DNA from: Octopus vulgaris
Lineage: Eukaryota
Assembly: GCA_951406725.2 (NCBI GenBank)
Contig: OX597824.1
Location: 81,096,001-81,160,000, forward strand
DNA: 64,000 bases
Direction of reading: 5' to 3'
Part shown: in pieces, positions 39,491 through 51,821 of the stretch
How the letters are laid out: the number at the start of each line of letters is the position of its first letter
Numbering within the stretch: position 1 is the stretch's first letter
Made by a program: the position numbers and the translations under genes
The notes under the pieces: model-generated
What the model was told of the DNA's origin: nothing
Databases searched by the model: none
The model's input: only the letters and a program-made list of their open reading frames with translations

Positions 39491-39673
39491 TCACATATAT
39501 ACATATATACGACGGGCTTCTTTCAGTTTCCGTCTACCAAATCCACTCACAAGGCTTTGGTCGGCCCGAGTCTATAGTAGAAGACATTTGCCCAAGGTGT
39601 TACACGGTGGGAATGAACCCGGAACCATGTGGTAGGTAAGCAAGATACTTACCACACAACCATCCCTGCGCCT
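39250..39673 (-). mobile_element. SINE family E, full length
   Basis: Family E with an internal (CA)n tract. Confidence 0.88.
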
Positions 39674-39981
39674 ATGTATATATGTACGTATGAATGCATC
39701 TATGTAAGCGTGTAAGTATGTGTGTATGTGTGTGTGTGTACATGTGTGTGTATGCTTTGAAGCATTGTATATCTTTATATATTTGGTGTTGCTGGTCTCA
39801 TTGTGCAAATTCTGTATTGCGTGTAGAATGAGCCGCATAATTTCTTAGTTTGTAGAATGAGTTTTGACAAAGCTTTAACAGCAATTACAGCAGCAGCAAC
39901 AAAGCAACACACTCACACACACATCCATGCACACCACCACCACCACCACCACCACCACCACCATCACTACCAACAACAGCA

Positions 39982-40170
39982 GTGGAGGCGCAATGGCCCA
40001 GTGGTTAGGGCAGTGGACTCGCGGTCGTAAGAACGCGGTTTCGATTCCCAGACAGAGCATTGTGAGTGTTTATTGAGCAAAAACACCTAAGCTCCACGAT
40101 GTCCGGCAGGGGTGGAGGTGAACCCCGCTGTACTCCTTTACCACAATTTTCTCTCACTCTTTCTTCCTAC
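39982..40170 (+). mobile_element. SINE family A head and body, followed by unassigned sequence
   Basis: tggaggcgcaatggcccagtggttagggcag..ttctctcactctttcttcct, then diverges from the A and A' tails. Confidence 0.8.
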
Positions 40171-40457
40171 TTCTGCCACAAAGCAGAGGAACCATGGTGT
40201 AACCCACTATGGTGTGGTAAGCTTTCAGACCCTAGACTAGATTGCGAATCCTCTGTATCCCAGGATGGTTCAGCTCTCCACCCGTTAAAAGCCACCGTTT
40301 ACGGAATGAGGATAACAACGTAGCTTTCGTGTCCGTGCAACCACCAGTCTATCGCGCGTGGTGGGTGGATCTTCAAGTTGCCACACGCATTCTTAGTAGC
40401 CTAGAGTAGGCTCGAATTAGAGATTATTCTTTGTGGCTAATGGCGTGAGTCCTGATT

Positions 40458-41097
40458 GGAAGAAGAAGAAGAAGAAGAAGAAGAAGAAGAAGAAGAAGAA
40501 CAACAACAACAACAACAACAACAACAAGAAAGAAGAAGGAGGAGGAGGAGGAGAAGAAGAGAAGGAGGAGGAGGAAGAGGGGTAGGAGGAAGTGGAGGTA
40601 GAGGAGGAGGAGGAGGAGGAGGAGGAGGAAGAAGAAGAAGAAGAAGAAGAAGAAGAAGAGAAGAAGAAGAAGAAGAAGAAGAAGAAGAAGAAGAAGAAGA
40701 AGAAGAAGAAGAAGAAGAAGAAGAAGAAGAAGAAGAAGAAGAAGAAGAAGAAGAAGAAGAAGAAGAAGAAGACAACAGCAGTGACAGCAGCAATTTGAAG
40801 AGTAATTACGAATAGAAATATTTTCCAACACACTAAACTTTAATCTTTTACCATTCAATAACTCAGAATATAGCCACTAGAGTATTAGTTTCAGTCTGAA
40901 TAACCTATCTTGATTCAAGTATTTTAGCAATAATTTATCTTAATATTATTATTTATGTTGTAAACTATTGAAGAATGAGGATACGTTCCAATCTATATGT
41001 AAATAGTTAGCGGCCACATAATTTAAGGAATCATACACAATAATAATAATAATAATACACAATAATAATAATATTAATAATAATAATAATAATAATA

Positions 41098-41192
<95 letters not shown>

Positions 41193-41209
41193 TATTATTA
41201 TTATTATAT

Positions 41210-41287
<78 letters not shown>

Positions 41288-41310
41288 TGATAATAATAAT
41301 AATAATAAAA
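40458..41310. repeat. (GAA)n/(GGA)n and (TAA)n microsatellites
   Basis: Directly visible. Confidence 0.9.
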
Positions 41311-42069
41311 TACTTTCTCTGAAATGCGCATACATATACAAACACCCTTCTCACACAGTCATGCACACTCGAGAAAAAGCACAACTGATACGTGAAAATA
41401 TGGATACGTAAGTGCACACAGATGCAGGGCTGCGAATAACCCGTAAATTGAAGCAGGCACACATGCATATGTATATGCAGTTTGAAGCAATAAATTTCTA
41501 TATCTGTCTATATCTAAATTCTATAACTAAATTTTATTCCAATTACAGATTCGAAGATTGTTGCTAATTACACAATCTTGGAAATCTTTTCTTATTTTAC
41601 ATTCACCGTGTTTTGGTGAAACGGAGTGGGAGAAAATTGTTTACTGCAGTGATTAAATTTGGAGGCTATGTTTGTGAGTTAGTACGGCTTAGATTAGATT
41701 TTGGAGAATATTCCAGCTTGTAGATTTCCGTCCTTACCGTGATGAAGGAGTTTCAATTTTGTAAATATCAATGGCTAAGAATGCTTAAAACCATATCAAA
41801 AGTGACAGTTAAAAATCACACTAGATAAAAATCTAAGCTAAATTCTTAGATATAATTAAGAAAACGGCGGCATGGCTGTGTGGTAGGGTGTCTGCTTCCA
41901 AACCAAATGGTTCTGGGTTCAGTCTTACAGCGTGGTACTATAACCTCGAATCCATTAAAAAAAAAAGCAAGTCTTAATTTGTGCTACTGTTGCATCGAGG
42001 TTAGCGCTGCTTTCCTACCCTGTACAGACAGGATAAGCAATTTTCAGTACAAATACCCCAAACCCTTTA

Positions 42070-42450
42070 CCTCTATGTAATCGTAATAATCTTCATATTT
42101 GCACTAATCAATGGCATTTGTCTGTATAAAGAATTAGACTGTCTAGTGTATCCTCTTAATGATTTGATAAAAAATACAGTGAAAATAATTTTCGCAGCTC
42201 TAGTATATGTTCAGACATCCAGAAAGACGTCTCACTAATTCAATATCCAAATATATCTAGACGTTATTAGATAAAAAGACTGACAAATATTAAATCGATT
42301 TTTTTCATTATAGAACTCACACCTTCCTACATTAATGGCTCTAGAACGTGTGATCTTTGTCTGTCGGAGAATTATTACATTCTGCTAAAGCTGTTTGTAA
42401 TTTTGAACAAAAGATTGAAATTTATGAATTATTACCTACACTTCCCCACC
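42070..42450 (+). mobile_element. Penelope-like GIY-YIG endonuclease remnant (heavily decayed)
   Basis: Frames read CNRNN..C..NGICL, then FRHPERRLTNSISKYI*TL..FIIELTPSYINGSRTCDLCLSE..ILNKR, paralleling the 716-1100 peptide. Confidence 0.65.
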
Positions 42451-43125
42451 ACTCATCAATATTATATCAACAGGTTAAACACTTACAGGTTATTTCTTAC
42501 ATCATAAATTAACTACACATAAAAAGATCATCAGAGAAATAATAAGCAACGTTTATTTTCAGCATTAAAATATCATCAACTATTGCCGCCTCCCTTGATT
42601 ACATGTGTTTTCTATAGATAATACGTAACGCAAGAATTCAGCAACTTCCGTCCGTATTCTCTTCAAAATTGAATAGATGGCTGTCACATTTGCTAAAATT
42701 ATCGTATTTCTCCTCAACACCGACTATTTAGCCTATCGGTTACCAATGATTCAAGAAGCATCATCTCTTAGGTAAATGCATACCCTCTGCTTCATTTAAC
42801 GAGTATTTTTTACTTCATTTGCATGGATGAGAAGCAAATTGAAAAACAGCTCAAGTAACATAAAGAACGATCCTTCATCAGTTGTCGGCTGTACATCTAC
42901 TCCCCATTTCGAGCATTGAACGACAATATGAGTCTTCGAAGGCAGTTGCTCCCATAAGAGCCAATATAAAGTTTGGAATTTATATAAGGTCAAAGTTGGG
43001 AACAAAAACAGGACGGTGGAGACATACAAGGAAACCGAAGGAAAACGAGCATGGAGGGTTGTTAGACCAGACGAAGGTAAAATAGCGAACGCTGGATAAA
43101 TATTTTCTGTGACAAGAGAAAAGAC

Positions 43126-43183
<58 letters not shown>

Positions 43184-43595
43184 ACTTGCAGTTTTGACGA
43201 CAGCTCTGAAGGAAAAGAAAGATGTTCAGCTGAGAGAAAGAAAGATGGAGGATGGTTACGTGTGAGCAGTGATAGAAAGAGGGAGAGATAGAAAACGGTG
43301 AAGGGGAGAAAAAAAGAATTACAAAAAGGGTAATAGAGAAAACGATAGGGGAAGATAACAGTTTGGGTTAGTGTTGCATAAAAAATATTACGTTAAACTT
43401 ACTTGCAAATGGATGCGTGGCGCTCAATCAAATAATAATATAAATAATATATATGTATATATGCATATATATATATATATATATTTATATATACATATAT
43501 ATATATGCATATATATATATGCATATAGACATATATATATATACATTTATATATATATACATATATATACATATATATATATATATATGCATATA

Positions 43596-43639
<44 letters not shown>

Positions 43640-44244
43640 CATAGCCAGAAAAAATTATACTTGTTAATATAACAATAACAATATACGAATGTTTATATAT
43701 ACATATATAGATACACTGATACGCACACACAAGTAGACGCACGAAGACACACATACAAACACACACACAAATATAAACACACACACATCACTCTTCATAC
43801 ATACGTACGTACATATATATTCTGGACAGTCTTTCTTTCAACTCACTCAGATCTATGCCATAATGGATCCGACAAATAAATTGACAAGTTCATTCGTTGT
43901 GTTCATTTGATACGAACTGTTCATTCGGAAATATTTGTGAAAACAGCATTTTCAGCAGCGATTGATTCCCTCAACAATGCTTGGATTCCGAGAGAATTTT
44001 TTTTCTGTATTTTTATCTGAGTGTCGTTCGTTTGAAAATTATTTTTTCGTGTTAATCGTTTGAAATATATATTGATGCGTGCATTTGTCTGCGTTTAGTG
44101 CTGTAGTTTTTCCGTTTTATATATGTATATGTGTATCTCTCTGGCTGTCTGCCTGCCTAGTCTGCCTGCATGACTGCCTGTCTCCCTGCCTGTCTCTGTC
44201 ATTGTGTTTCTCTTTCTCTCTCTCTCCACACACACACACACATA

Positions 44245-44276
<32 letters not shown>

Positions 44277-44479
44277 ATTGCCTCTGTGTATGCTTTGTGA
44301 GTGCGTGTGTGTGTGCGTGTACGTATACAGATATATATGCGTCTATAAATGTATATATATATAATTATGTCTACATTTTGTATAAACGTATATGTATATA
44401 GTATGAAAAACCGATAGAAAATTAGCACAGATTGACATAGACAAAATAATAAAAAAATACGTATATATATATATATATG

Positions 44480-44770
44480 CAAATGGAACAAAACGGAACA
44501 AATGAAACAAAAACGCAATAGAGGGGATTAAAACATTCGGAAAAATAGTCGATACAAAGGCGGACAAGAGAAACAACAATTAAAAAAGATGGGCCATTCT
44601 TGGCTTTCTTTCATCAGTCAAGTCCCAGAAGTCACGACCATTTCGGGCAGTTACACTTGAGATTGTTCGATCTGGTTGCCCCCCCCCCCAAAAAAAAAGT
44701 CTAAGCTAAGAGCATTAGACTCCTTTTTTTAAAAAAAAAAACGAATGTGTACGGCAACCAAGAAAATGCT
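44480..44770 (-). mobile_element. Diverged copy of the unclassified 16412-16710 repeat
   Basis: Reverse complement ggagtctaatgctcttagcttagac..aatctcaag..ccgaaatgg..tgactgatga..gaatggccc. Confidence 0.6.
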
Positions 44771-45056
44771 AAACGAAAGATATATTCAGAAATGGATAGA
44801 GAGATACATAAGAATTCAAATCATTTACACAAATTACAGTGAGGTAGATAGTACTCAATATATTGCAGTTAGTGTAATTCATTCAATCTAAAGGCTATTG
44901 GTCAATATTCAGAGGCATGAGTTTCTTTGCCCTCCCTTGGCATAAATGTATGATTGCTTGTACGTATGTGCGTGTGCATGCGTGTGTGTGCGTGTGCTTG
45001 TTCCTGTATATATACTATGCATGTATCTATAACCGACCTTATATATATATATGTAT

Positions 45057-45540
45057 GGTTGTTGTCTACTCTTATACAGAGTTCGTCCACCTCTTGTACC
45101 TACACCTTAGATCCATCATGGCTTCTGATGTGGCTTTTGAAACCAGACAATATATTGAAAAGACACCCACATAGACTGCATATCTGATTTGGACCACCAA
45201 GAGTTGCAGTTAAGTCCTGATCTTTGTGGATCTTAAAATGACTTTTGGGGCCCCTGTTAGATTTGCAGACCTTATGGCATACACGGCATTGAAAGGTGTG
45301 TACAGATATATAGACAATAGTTGGTGGAAGTTCGTTTTTTATGGGTCCCTAAATCAGATTTGTACCCAGCAAACGAAAGCCATGGTCTCTCACAAACTGC
45401 GCACACAAAAACGTCATTGGGATTCAGGTTCTTGACCGTAACATTCTTCTTGAAGACTCTTGAATCTTGCAAGCGTTATCCTGGCCTCCTCAAACGCTTT
45501 CACTCCATTCCACACTTGTTCGCCATCCAGCTCAATGGGT
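45057..45540 (-). mobile_element. RTE-like LINE 3' fragment with three C2H2 zinc fingers
   Basis: [42 protein letters not shown] / FQCRVCHKVCKSNRGPKSHFKIH / ICSLCGCLFNILSGFKSHIRSH*, with frameshifts; short 3' UTR and caa tail. Confidence 0.7.
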
Positions 45541-45557
45541 GTATATATGTATATATG

Positions 45558-45620
<63 letters not shown>

Positions 45621-45721
45621 CAAATATAGAAAATTATATAGCAGTAATTTTTACAAAATAGAAAATTATTATAACATCATTTATATATATATATATATAT
45701 ATCGCCACCCTATATATATAT

Positions 45722-45768
<47 letters not shown>

Positions 45769-45796
45769 GGTTTGGAGATGATGTACATGTATTTTA

Positions 45797-45974
45797 TATT
45801 AGAAGAAATGAGGTACTCAGAAATCGGATGGTTTATATTTACAGATATTTATTTGTATATTACATTTTTTATACATCGCTAATACATGATCTAAGTTATA
45901 TGATGTATAAAAAATGTAATATACAAATAAATATCTGTAAATATAAACCATCCGATTTTCTGAGTACCTCATTG

Positions 45975-45983
<9 letters not shown>
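45797..45983. repeat. Foldback element: ~81-bp inverted arms, 24-nt loop, beside (TA)n
   Basis: Arms 45797-45877 and 45902-45983 differ by about 2 mismatches and 1 indel. Confidence 0.9.
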
Positions 45984-46018
<35 letters not shown>

Positions 46019-46603
46019 ATGTATGTATATATATTCAGATGCACGTCTGCCACTTTTCGAACAACAACCAAAAGCCTTTATTTACTTTTCCGCTTTTTCC
46101 CCTCTTCCTATGCGCTATCGCTTCCGTCTCATACTCCAGATCGTTCCATTACATCGATACAGGTTTCATGTCTCCATAATTTCAGATACAAATCTAATGA
46201 TTATATTAATAAATCCCACATTTTATGATTCTATTATTATCATTGTAGTTAAATATTGTCTGTTTATCAAACAAAGATCTGACTTCTAACTCCTTTACAT
46301 ACAAACAAAAGCATTCCGATACGCACGCACTCACACCTCGCTCAATCAGACACTATTAAAAATGCATAATGTCTAATTCATATACAAACGAATATATATG
46401 TTTGAACGCGTATGCGAAAACATAGATACATAGATACATACATACATACATACATACATACATACATACATACACACATACATACATACATACATACATA
46501 TATACATACATACATACATGCATGCATGCATGCATGCATACATACATACATACATACATACATACATACTTACATACATACATACATGCATATATACATA
46601 CAA

Positions 46604-46833
46604 GGCGGCGAGCTGGTAGAAACGTTAGCACGACGGGCGAAATTCGTAGCCGTATTTCGTCTGTCGTTACGTTCCGAGTTCAAATTCTGCCGAGGCCGAC
46701 TTTGCCTTTCATCCTTTCGGGGTCGATAAATTAAGTACCAGTTACGCACTGGGGTCGATGTAGTCGACTTAATCCCTTTGTCTGTCCTTGTTTGTCCCCT
46801 CTGTGTTTAGCCCCTTGTGGGTAGTAAAGAAAT
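46604..46833 (+). mobile_element. SINE family D, full length
   Basis: ggcggcgagctggtagaaacgttagc..gagttcaaattc..gtgggtagtaaagaaata. Confidence 0.9.
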
Positions 46834-47568
46834 ATATATACATACATACATACATGCATGCATACATACATACATGCATGCATACATACATACATACATA
46901 CAAACATACTTACATACATACATACATGCATACATACACACATACATACATACATACATACATGCATACATATATACATACATACATACATACATACATA
47001 CATACATACATACATACATACACACATACATACATAATACATACATAAATACATACATACATACATACTTACGTACATGCATACGCAGGAGTGGCTGTAG
47101 GCGCAGGAAGGGTTGTGTGGTAAGTAGATTGATCACCAACCACCCTATATATGTATCTTAGAATATGAATTTAGCATTCTCGAAGAATCAGCACGACATT
47201 ATCCATTCACTGCTGATTGAAACTGCGCTTGCGCGCTGAATTTTGTAAAATTATAACATATAATGGTGAGACACGCGTTAACTGTCTCTGAATCATAAGT
47301 TAGTTGTTAAGGCCGGTTACTGATGAGAATTCGCCTAGCAAATTATCTTATTTGCTAAAGAAATTTGAAATCTAGGTATAACAGTAAAAAAAAAAAAAAT
47401 AACAAGGTAAAAGTTTTTATTTTTCATTTCCTTCGAAAATTGCTATCAAATGTGGTTGTGGTGGTTTGGGCTGCTTCTTCTAGCATGTAAATATTACCTG
47501 TTAAAGGGTAGTTTTCTCTTGTGTTTAATTGTACACTATTTTATATTAAGTATATATATATATATATA

Positions 47569-47869
47569 CTAGCAGTATCGCCCGGCGTTGCTCGGGTTTG
47601 TAAGGGAAATAACTATATAAGCATTTTTAGAGAGTTACTTCCCTTATATAATTGCAAAAAATGCATTAAAATGGAAAAGAGTGATGGTAATTTTTTTTTA
47701 AAATCGTAGACTCATCGTAGACGCGCGCTAATACCCAGAAGGGCTCGATATGAATCACGACTATAAGATACCCGGTTTTGGTTAAACTGCACCGCAAAAT
47801 GTGGTAGTAGTTAGGAATCTAAATCGTAGGAGACGGACACTCACACAACTTCACTTTTATATATAAAGA
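47569..47869 (-). mobile_element. Non-autonomous Helitron (shorter variant of 34991-35381)
   Basis: Same TC, hairpin and CTAG termini; lacks the ~90-bp internal duplication. Confidence 0.88.
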
Positions 47870-48396
47870 TTTATATATAAAGAGCATTCTCTGATAATGC
47901 GTATAGCTGCCCGGCGGATTAAAAGTGGTATATGCAATTAATGACTTATTTAATTAAAATAGCTATAAAAATGTGAAACTTAATGTACAGATACTGTAGA
48001 TGAACAAATTACTGCAGTTTTTGTCCCGAGAAAGCATCGTATGCACTAAACAGTTTCACGGCGAGTCATATCCAAGTGCTTTTCGTTTGAAAAATACCAG
48101 ACAAGATAAAAGTATCCGTAGATTATAATAAAGATGTTTTCAGTTTTTCAAACCTTATCTCTTTTCTAATATTTATACTTTAGCAGAGACGCCACATACA
48201 AACAATTTTGGCAAAGATTTTGTCTTCATTTTTATCCCGCTTATCAACACGTCAAGACGTATTCTAATCTATACGCTAAGAATCGACTGACGGATAATCA
48301 AGTTTTTGTACGAATCCGTAATGTTTATATTAAGATTCCGCTTTTTAAAATTATTCAAACTCCTCTTATATGTTTGTATGTGTGCGTGTGTAGACA

Positions 48397-48790
48397 TCTC
48401 TCTATATATATAAAGCTGAAGTTGTCTGTGTATGGCAGGTTTGGTAGCCTTCAACTAACACTATCTCCTCCGAGACCCTGCGGCGCAAGTTGACCAAAAT
48501 TGAAAGTATGATAGAAGAAGGCTTGCTCTTCCTTCCGTAGAAGAAAAAATTCAAATTGGCCCATGTTAACACCAAAAATTATTTACATCAAAAATGTCCT
48601 TTTTTTCTATGAAAATCCCTATTTTTTACGATTTTTTTACTGCTGTGTCGCCATTTTTCGGTGTATTTAAACCAGTAAAATGTTCACTTAAAGAGGATAA
48701 CAAGCTACATAATGCAAAATTTTTACTTTTCAAAAATTCCAATTCTAAAGGGTCGAAACAAACCCGAGCAACACTGGGCGATACTGCTAG
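48397..48790 (+). mobile_element. Non-autonomous Helitron, second subfamily
   Basis: A|TCtctctatatatataaagctgaag ... cccgagcaacactgggcgatactgCTAG|T; interior homologous to 9721-10229. Confidence 0.85.
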
Positions 48791-48888
48791 TATATACATA
48801 AAGGTGCGTGTATGTATACACATATGAACCTATGAATATGTATACATTTACATACATACGTGTCTGTGTGTGCGGGCGTGTGTATGAG

Positions 48889-49102
48889 TTAAGGCTACGA
48901 TTGGCTACTATGTTAAGAAAACTAGGAAAATATCCTAGTATCTTTAAAATTTTTAAAGCCAATCACATGGAGAAAGGTGTTTGCTTCCATCTTGGAAAAC
49001 ATAGCTGAGGCGAACACCTTTCTCCATTTGATCGGCTTGAAAATTTAAGACACTGGGATATTTTTCCTACGTTCCTTTACATGAAACCAACGGAAGCCTT
49101 AA
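48889..49102. mobile_element. Palindromic MITE, TTAA-flanked with GG..CC termini (Kolobok-like)
   Basis: TTAA-ggct...agcc-TTAA; ~95-bp imperfect arms (ggaaaatatcctagtatctt/aagacactgggatattttt; atggagaaaggtgtttgc/gcgaacacctttctccat). Confidence 0.7.
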
Positions 49103-49365
49103 TTCACACACACATACACACACACGATCACACACACACACAAACATGTATGTATGTAAATCTGAGTGCGTGTGTGTATGTGTGTGTGAGAGAGAGAGAG
49201 CGTGTGAATGTGCCTTTGTGTCTGTCTCAGTGAATAATACAATCTTATAATCTTAAGGTCAGCGGAAATGACAAAAGGAGATGTTTCCGGGTGGAATCCT
49301 GTTGATAATAATTCTGTTTGAACGCCATTAACCTGAGTCAAAGCAACATCTGCAGCAAATGCACA

Positions 49366-49428
<63 letters not shown>

Positions 49429-49959
49429 ACACACATATGTCAAGGGAGTGTCTTTATGATGCTTGAATCTGCTAGAAATAGCAACCAATTTTCACTCAAA
49501 TCTTACCGTACTATGCTAAATAAAAGCATAATCCGCTAGATAACGTGGCCCTACATACCTACATACACCTAGCAATGCGGGGTGGGCATTGTTGGATTGT
49601 CTTTCGTCACACTTGATCTGGGCTACACAATAGCAACAACTACATTGTCCAACATGGCAGATTTTTTCATACGGTCTATAACTAAGATCAGAGAACTTAA
49701 TGCCAACAAAATATTTCGCTGCTATTTCTAGCAGGATGAGTTCATCCTCATGATGACTTCATCGTTGATCGTTTCTAATAATTGATCATAATTCGATAAT
49801 TTGTGACAACAAAATAAACACCTCGCTGTAAAAGGATATGAAAACCAAGAAGGTAGAGACTCTCTAAACGCATCGCTTTTCCAACCTTAGTGCTTTAACA
49901 GGAAAAAATCTTATTCTATCTTTACTAACGAAACAACCAAAGATATGATAGTGTATATA

Positions 49960-50014
<55 letters not shown>

Positions 50015-50017
50015 TAT

Positions 50018-50524
50018 GTCGCTGTACCGGTCACTTTTTGCAACACCTGTCTGTGTTCGGATTGCCCTTGCACAGGGGCTATCCGGACTCCCGTTTTCGC
50101 CGTGAGCTGGCATTAATCTTCCTCTTCGCTCCTTTGCACCATATGGACTCAACTCTCCTCCCCTCTACATCTAACCCTCCTCCCCTCTCATCTCTCTCTC
50201 GCACACCTACTTCCCCCATCCACCTCTCCTCTTTTGCTCCTACTTCTCTTCACTCCTACCCATCTCCTCCTTTCCCCCTCCCCTTCATCTTCACCCCTTC
50301 CCTCGTAATCCCACCCCTACACAATCCAACCCCACCTTCCCTATCCCTATTCGCCATGATAGATCGCTAGCCACTACACATTCTTTATTTTCTCTCCCTG
50401 TTTCTTTCTGTGTTTCTTTCTGTGGAAGAGCGTCGGCTCGAAACGTTAAAGTCTTTTTCACTTCCCGAGTTTTAAACTAATACCTCTGTTTGTTGTCTAC
50501 ACCACCTGTCTTTCTGTGAATTCT

Positions 50525-50528
<4 letters not shown>
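50018..50528 (+). mobile_element. 5'-truncated Penelope-like element: endonuclease C-terminus, pyrimidine tract and HHR pseudo-LTR, within (TA)n
   Basis: HLSVFGL..RFRRELALIF then (frameshift) LRSFAPYGLN matches the R..E..LIF.L....P.GLN end of PLE GIY-YIG domains; followed by the family 2 repeat; TA arrays on both sides. Confidence 0.8.
50416..50451 (+). ncRNA. Minimal type I hammerhead-like motif, variant core CUGUGGA
   Basis: cuuu-CUGUGGA-a-gagc(gucg)gcuc-GAAA-cg-UU-aaag. Confidence 0.55.
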
Positions 50529-50597
<69 letters not shown>

Positions 50598-51094
50598 GCA
50601 TTCGTTGTTATAAAATTCTCATCTGTTTATTCCGTTCTGTATCTTCTTTGATGTTTGTCTTATTGTTCTTTCAAAAGTCTGGCTGAATATTTTTTCCCTT
50701 CATTCTATCTTGTTGATGATTAAATCAGCTCTTTCATTCCTTATTTTTTTCCTAGCAAAATTTGTTAACCATTATTTATCTACCCATGTAGAGACAAACT
50801 ACAGTCAAACTATATACATACTTGCATCGTAAATATATTCACACGTACACACACACATAGACGCGTGCGAAATGTATAGGAAAAACGATAATTCAACGGT
50901 ATTGCGAAAATTTAATAAATCATAGCTATTTGTTAAGTCTGCACACATATCTACGCAAATAAATGTATCAATAGATGTATTTATTATAGGTGTATTTATG
51001 TGTGTGTGCATATATATATATATATATTTATATATACATGCGTCAATACACACACAAACATATATATATATTTATATATTATTTTATTCTTTTA

Positions 51095-51302
51095 TTATTT
51101 TATTTGTTTCAGTTATTTGACTTTGGACATGCTGGAGTACTGCCTGTAGTTGAACAAATCGACCCAGGACTTATTCTTTGGAAGCCTAGTACTTATTCTA
51201 TTGGGATCTTTTGCCGAATAGCTAAGTTACTGGGGAATAAACACACCAATATTGTTTGTCAAGCGATGCTGGGTGGGTCAGGGAACAAACACAAATACAA
51301 AA

Positions 51303-51348
<46 letters not shown>

Positions 51349-51500
51349 GCAATGGGCTGCTTTCAGTTTCCGTCTATCAAATCCACTCACAAGGCTTTGG
51401 TCGGCAATAGGTTATAGTTGAAGACACTTCACTAAGGTGCAACGCAATGGGGCTGAACCCAGGACCATGTGGTTGGTAAGCAAGCTACATACCACGCTGG
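51095..51500 (-). mobile_element. SINE family E, older copy
   Basis: Diverged head and tail with an internal (CA)n tract. Confidence 0.82.
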
Positions 51501-51746
51501 GCCTATACACAGCCACCCTACACACACATATACTCACACATATGTAAGTGTATATATTTATATATATATGAATGTATGTATGTAAATATATACACACAAA
51601 CACCATCACACAGGCAGGTATGCATGATTGTTTGTGTGTGTGTGTGTGTGTGTGCATGCGTGTATGCGTCTATTTGTCCTCATGAGTTTTTCGCCTGATA
51701 TATTCATCTATCAAAGAATTTTACTTATGTCGTTGACTTTTCATAG

Positions 51747-51803
<57 letters not shown>

Positions 51804-51821
51804 ATATGGCGACGCGTTTAG

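Noticed and set aside
47320-47345. ctgatgag core-like motif
   Set aside because: No stem II followed by GAAA downstream.
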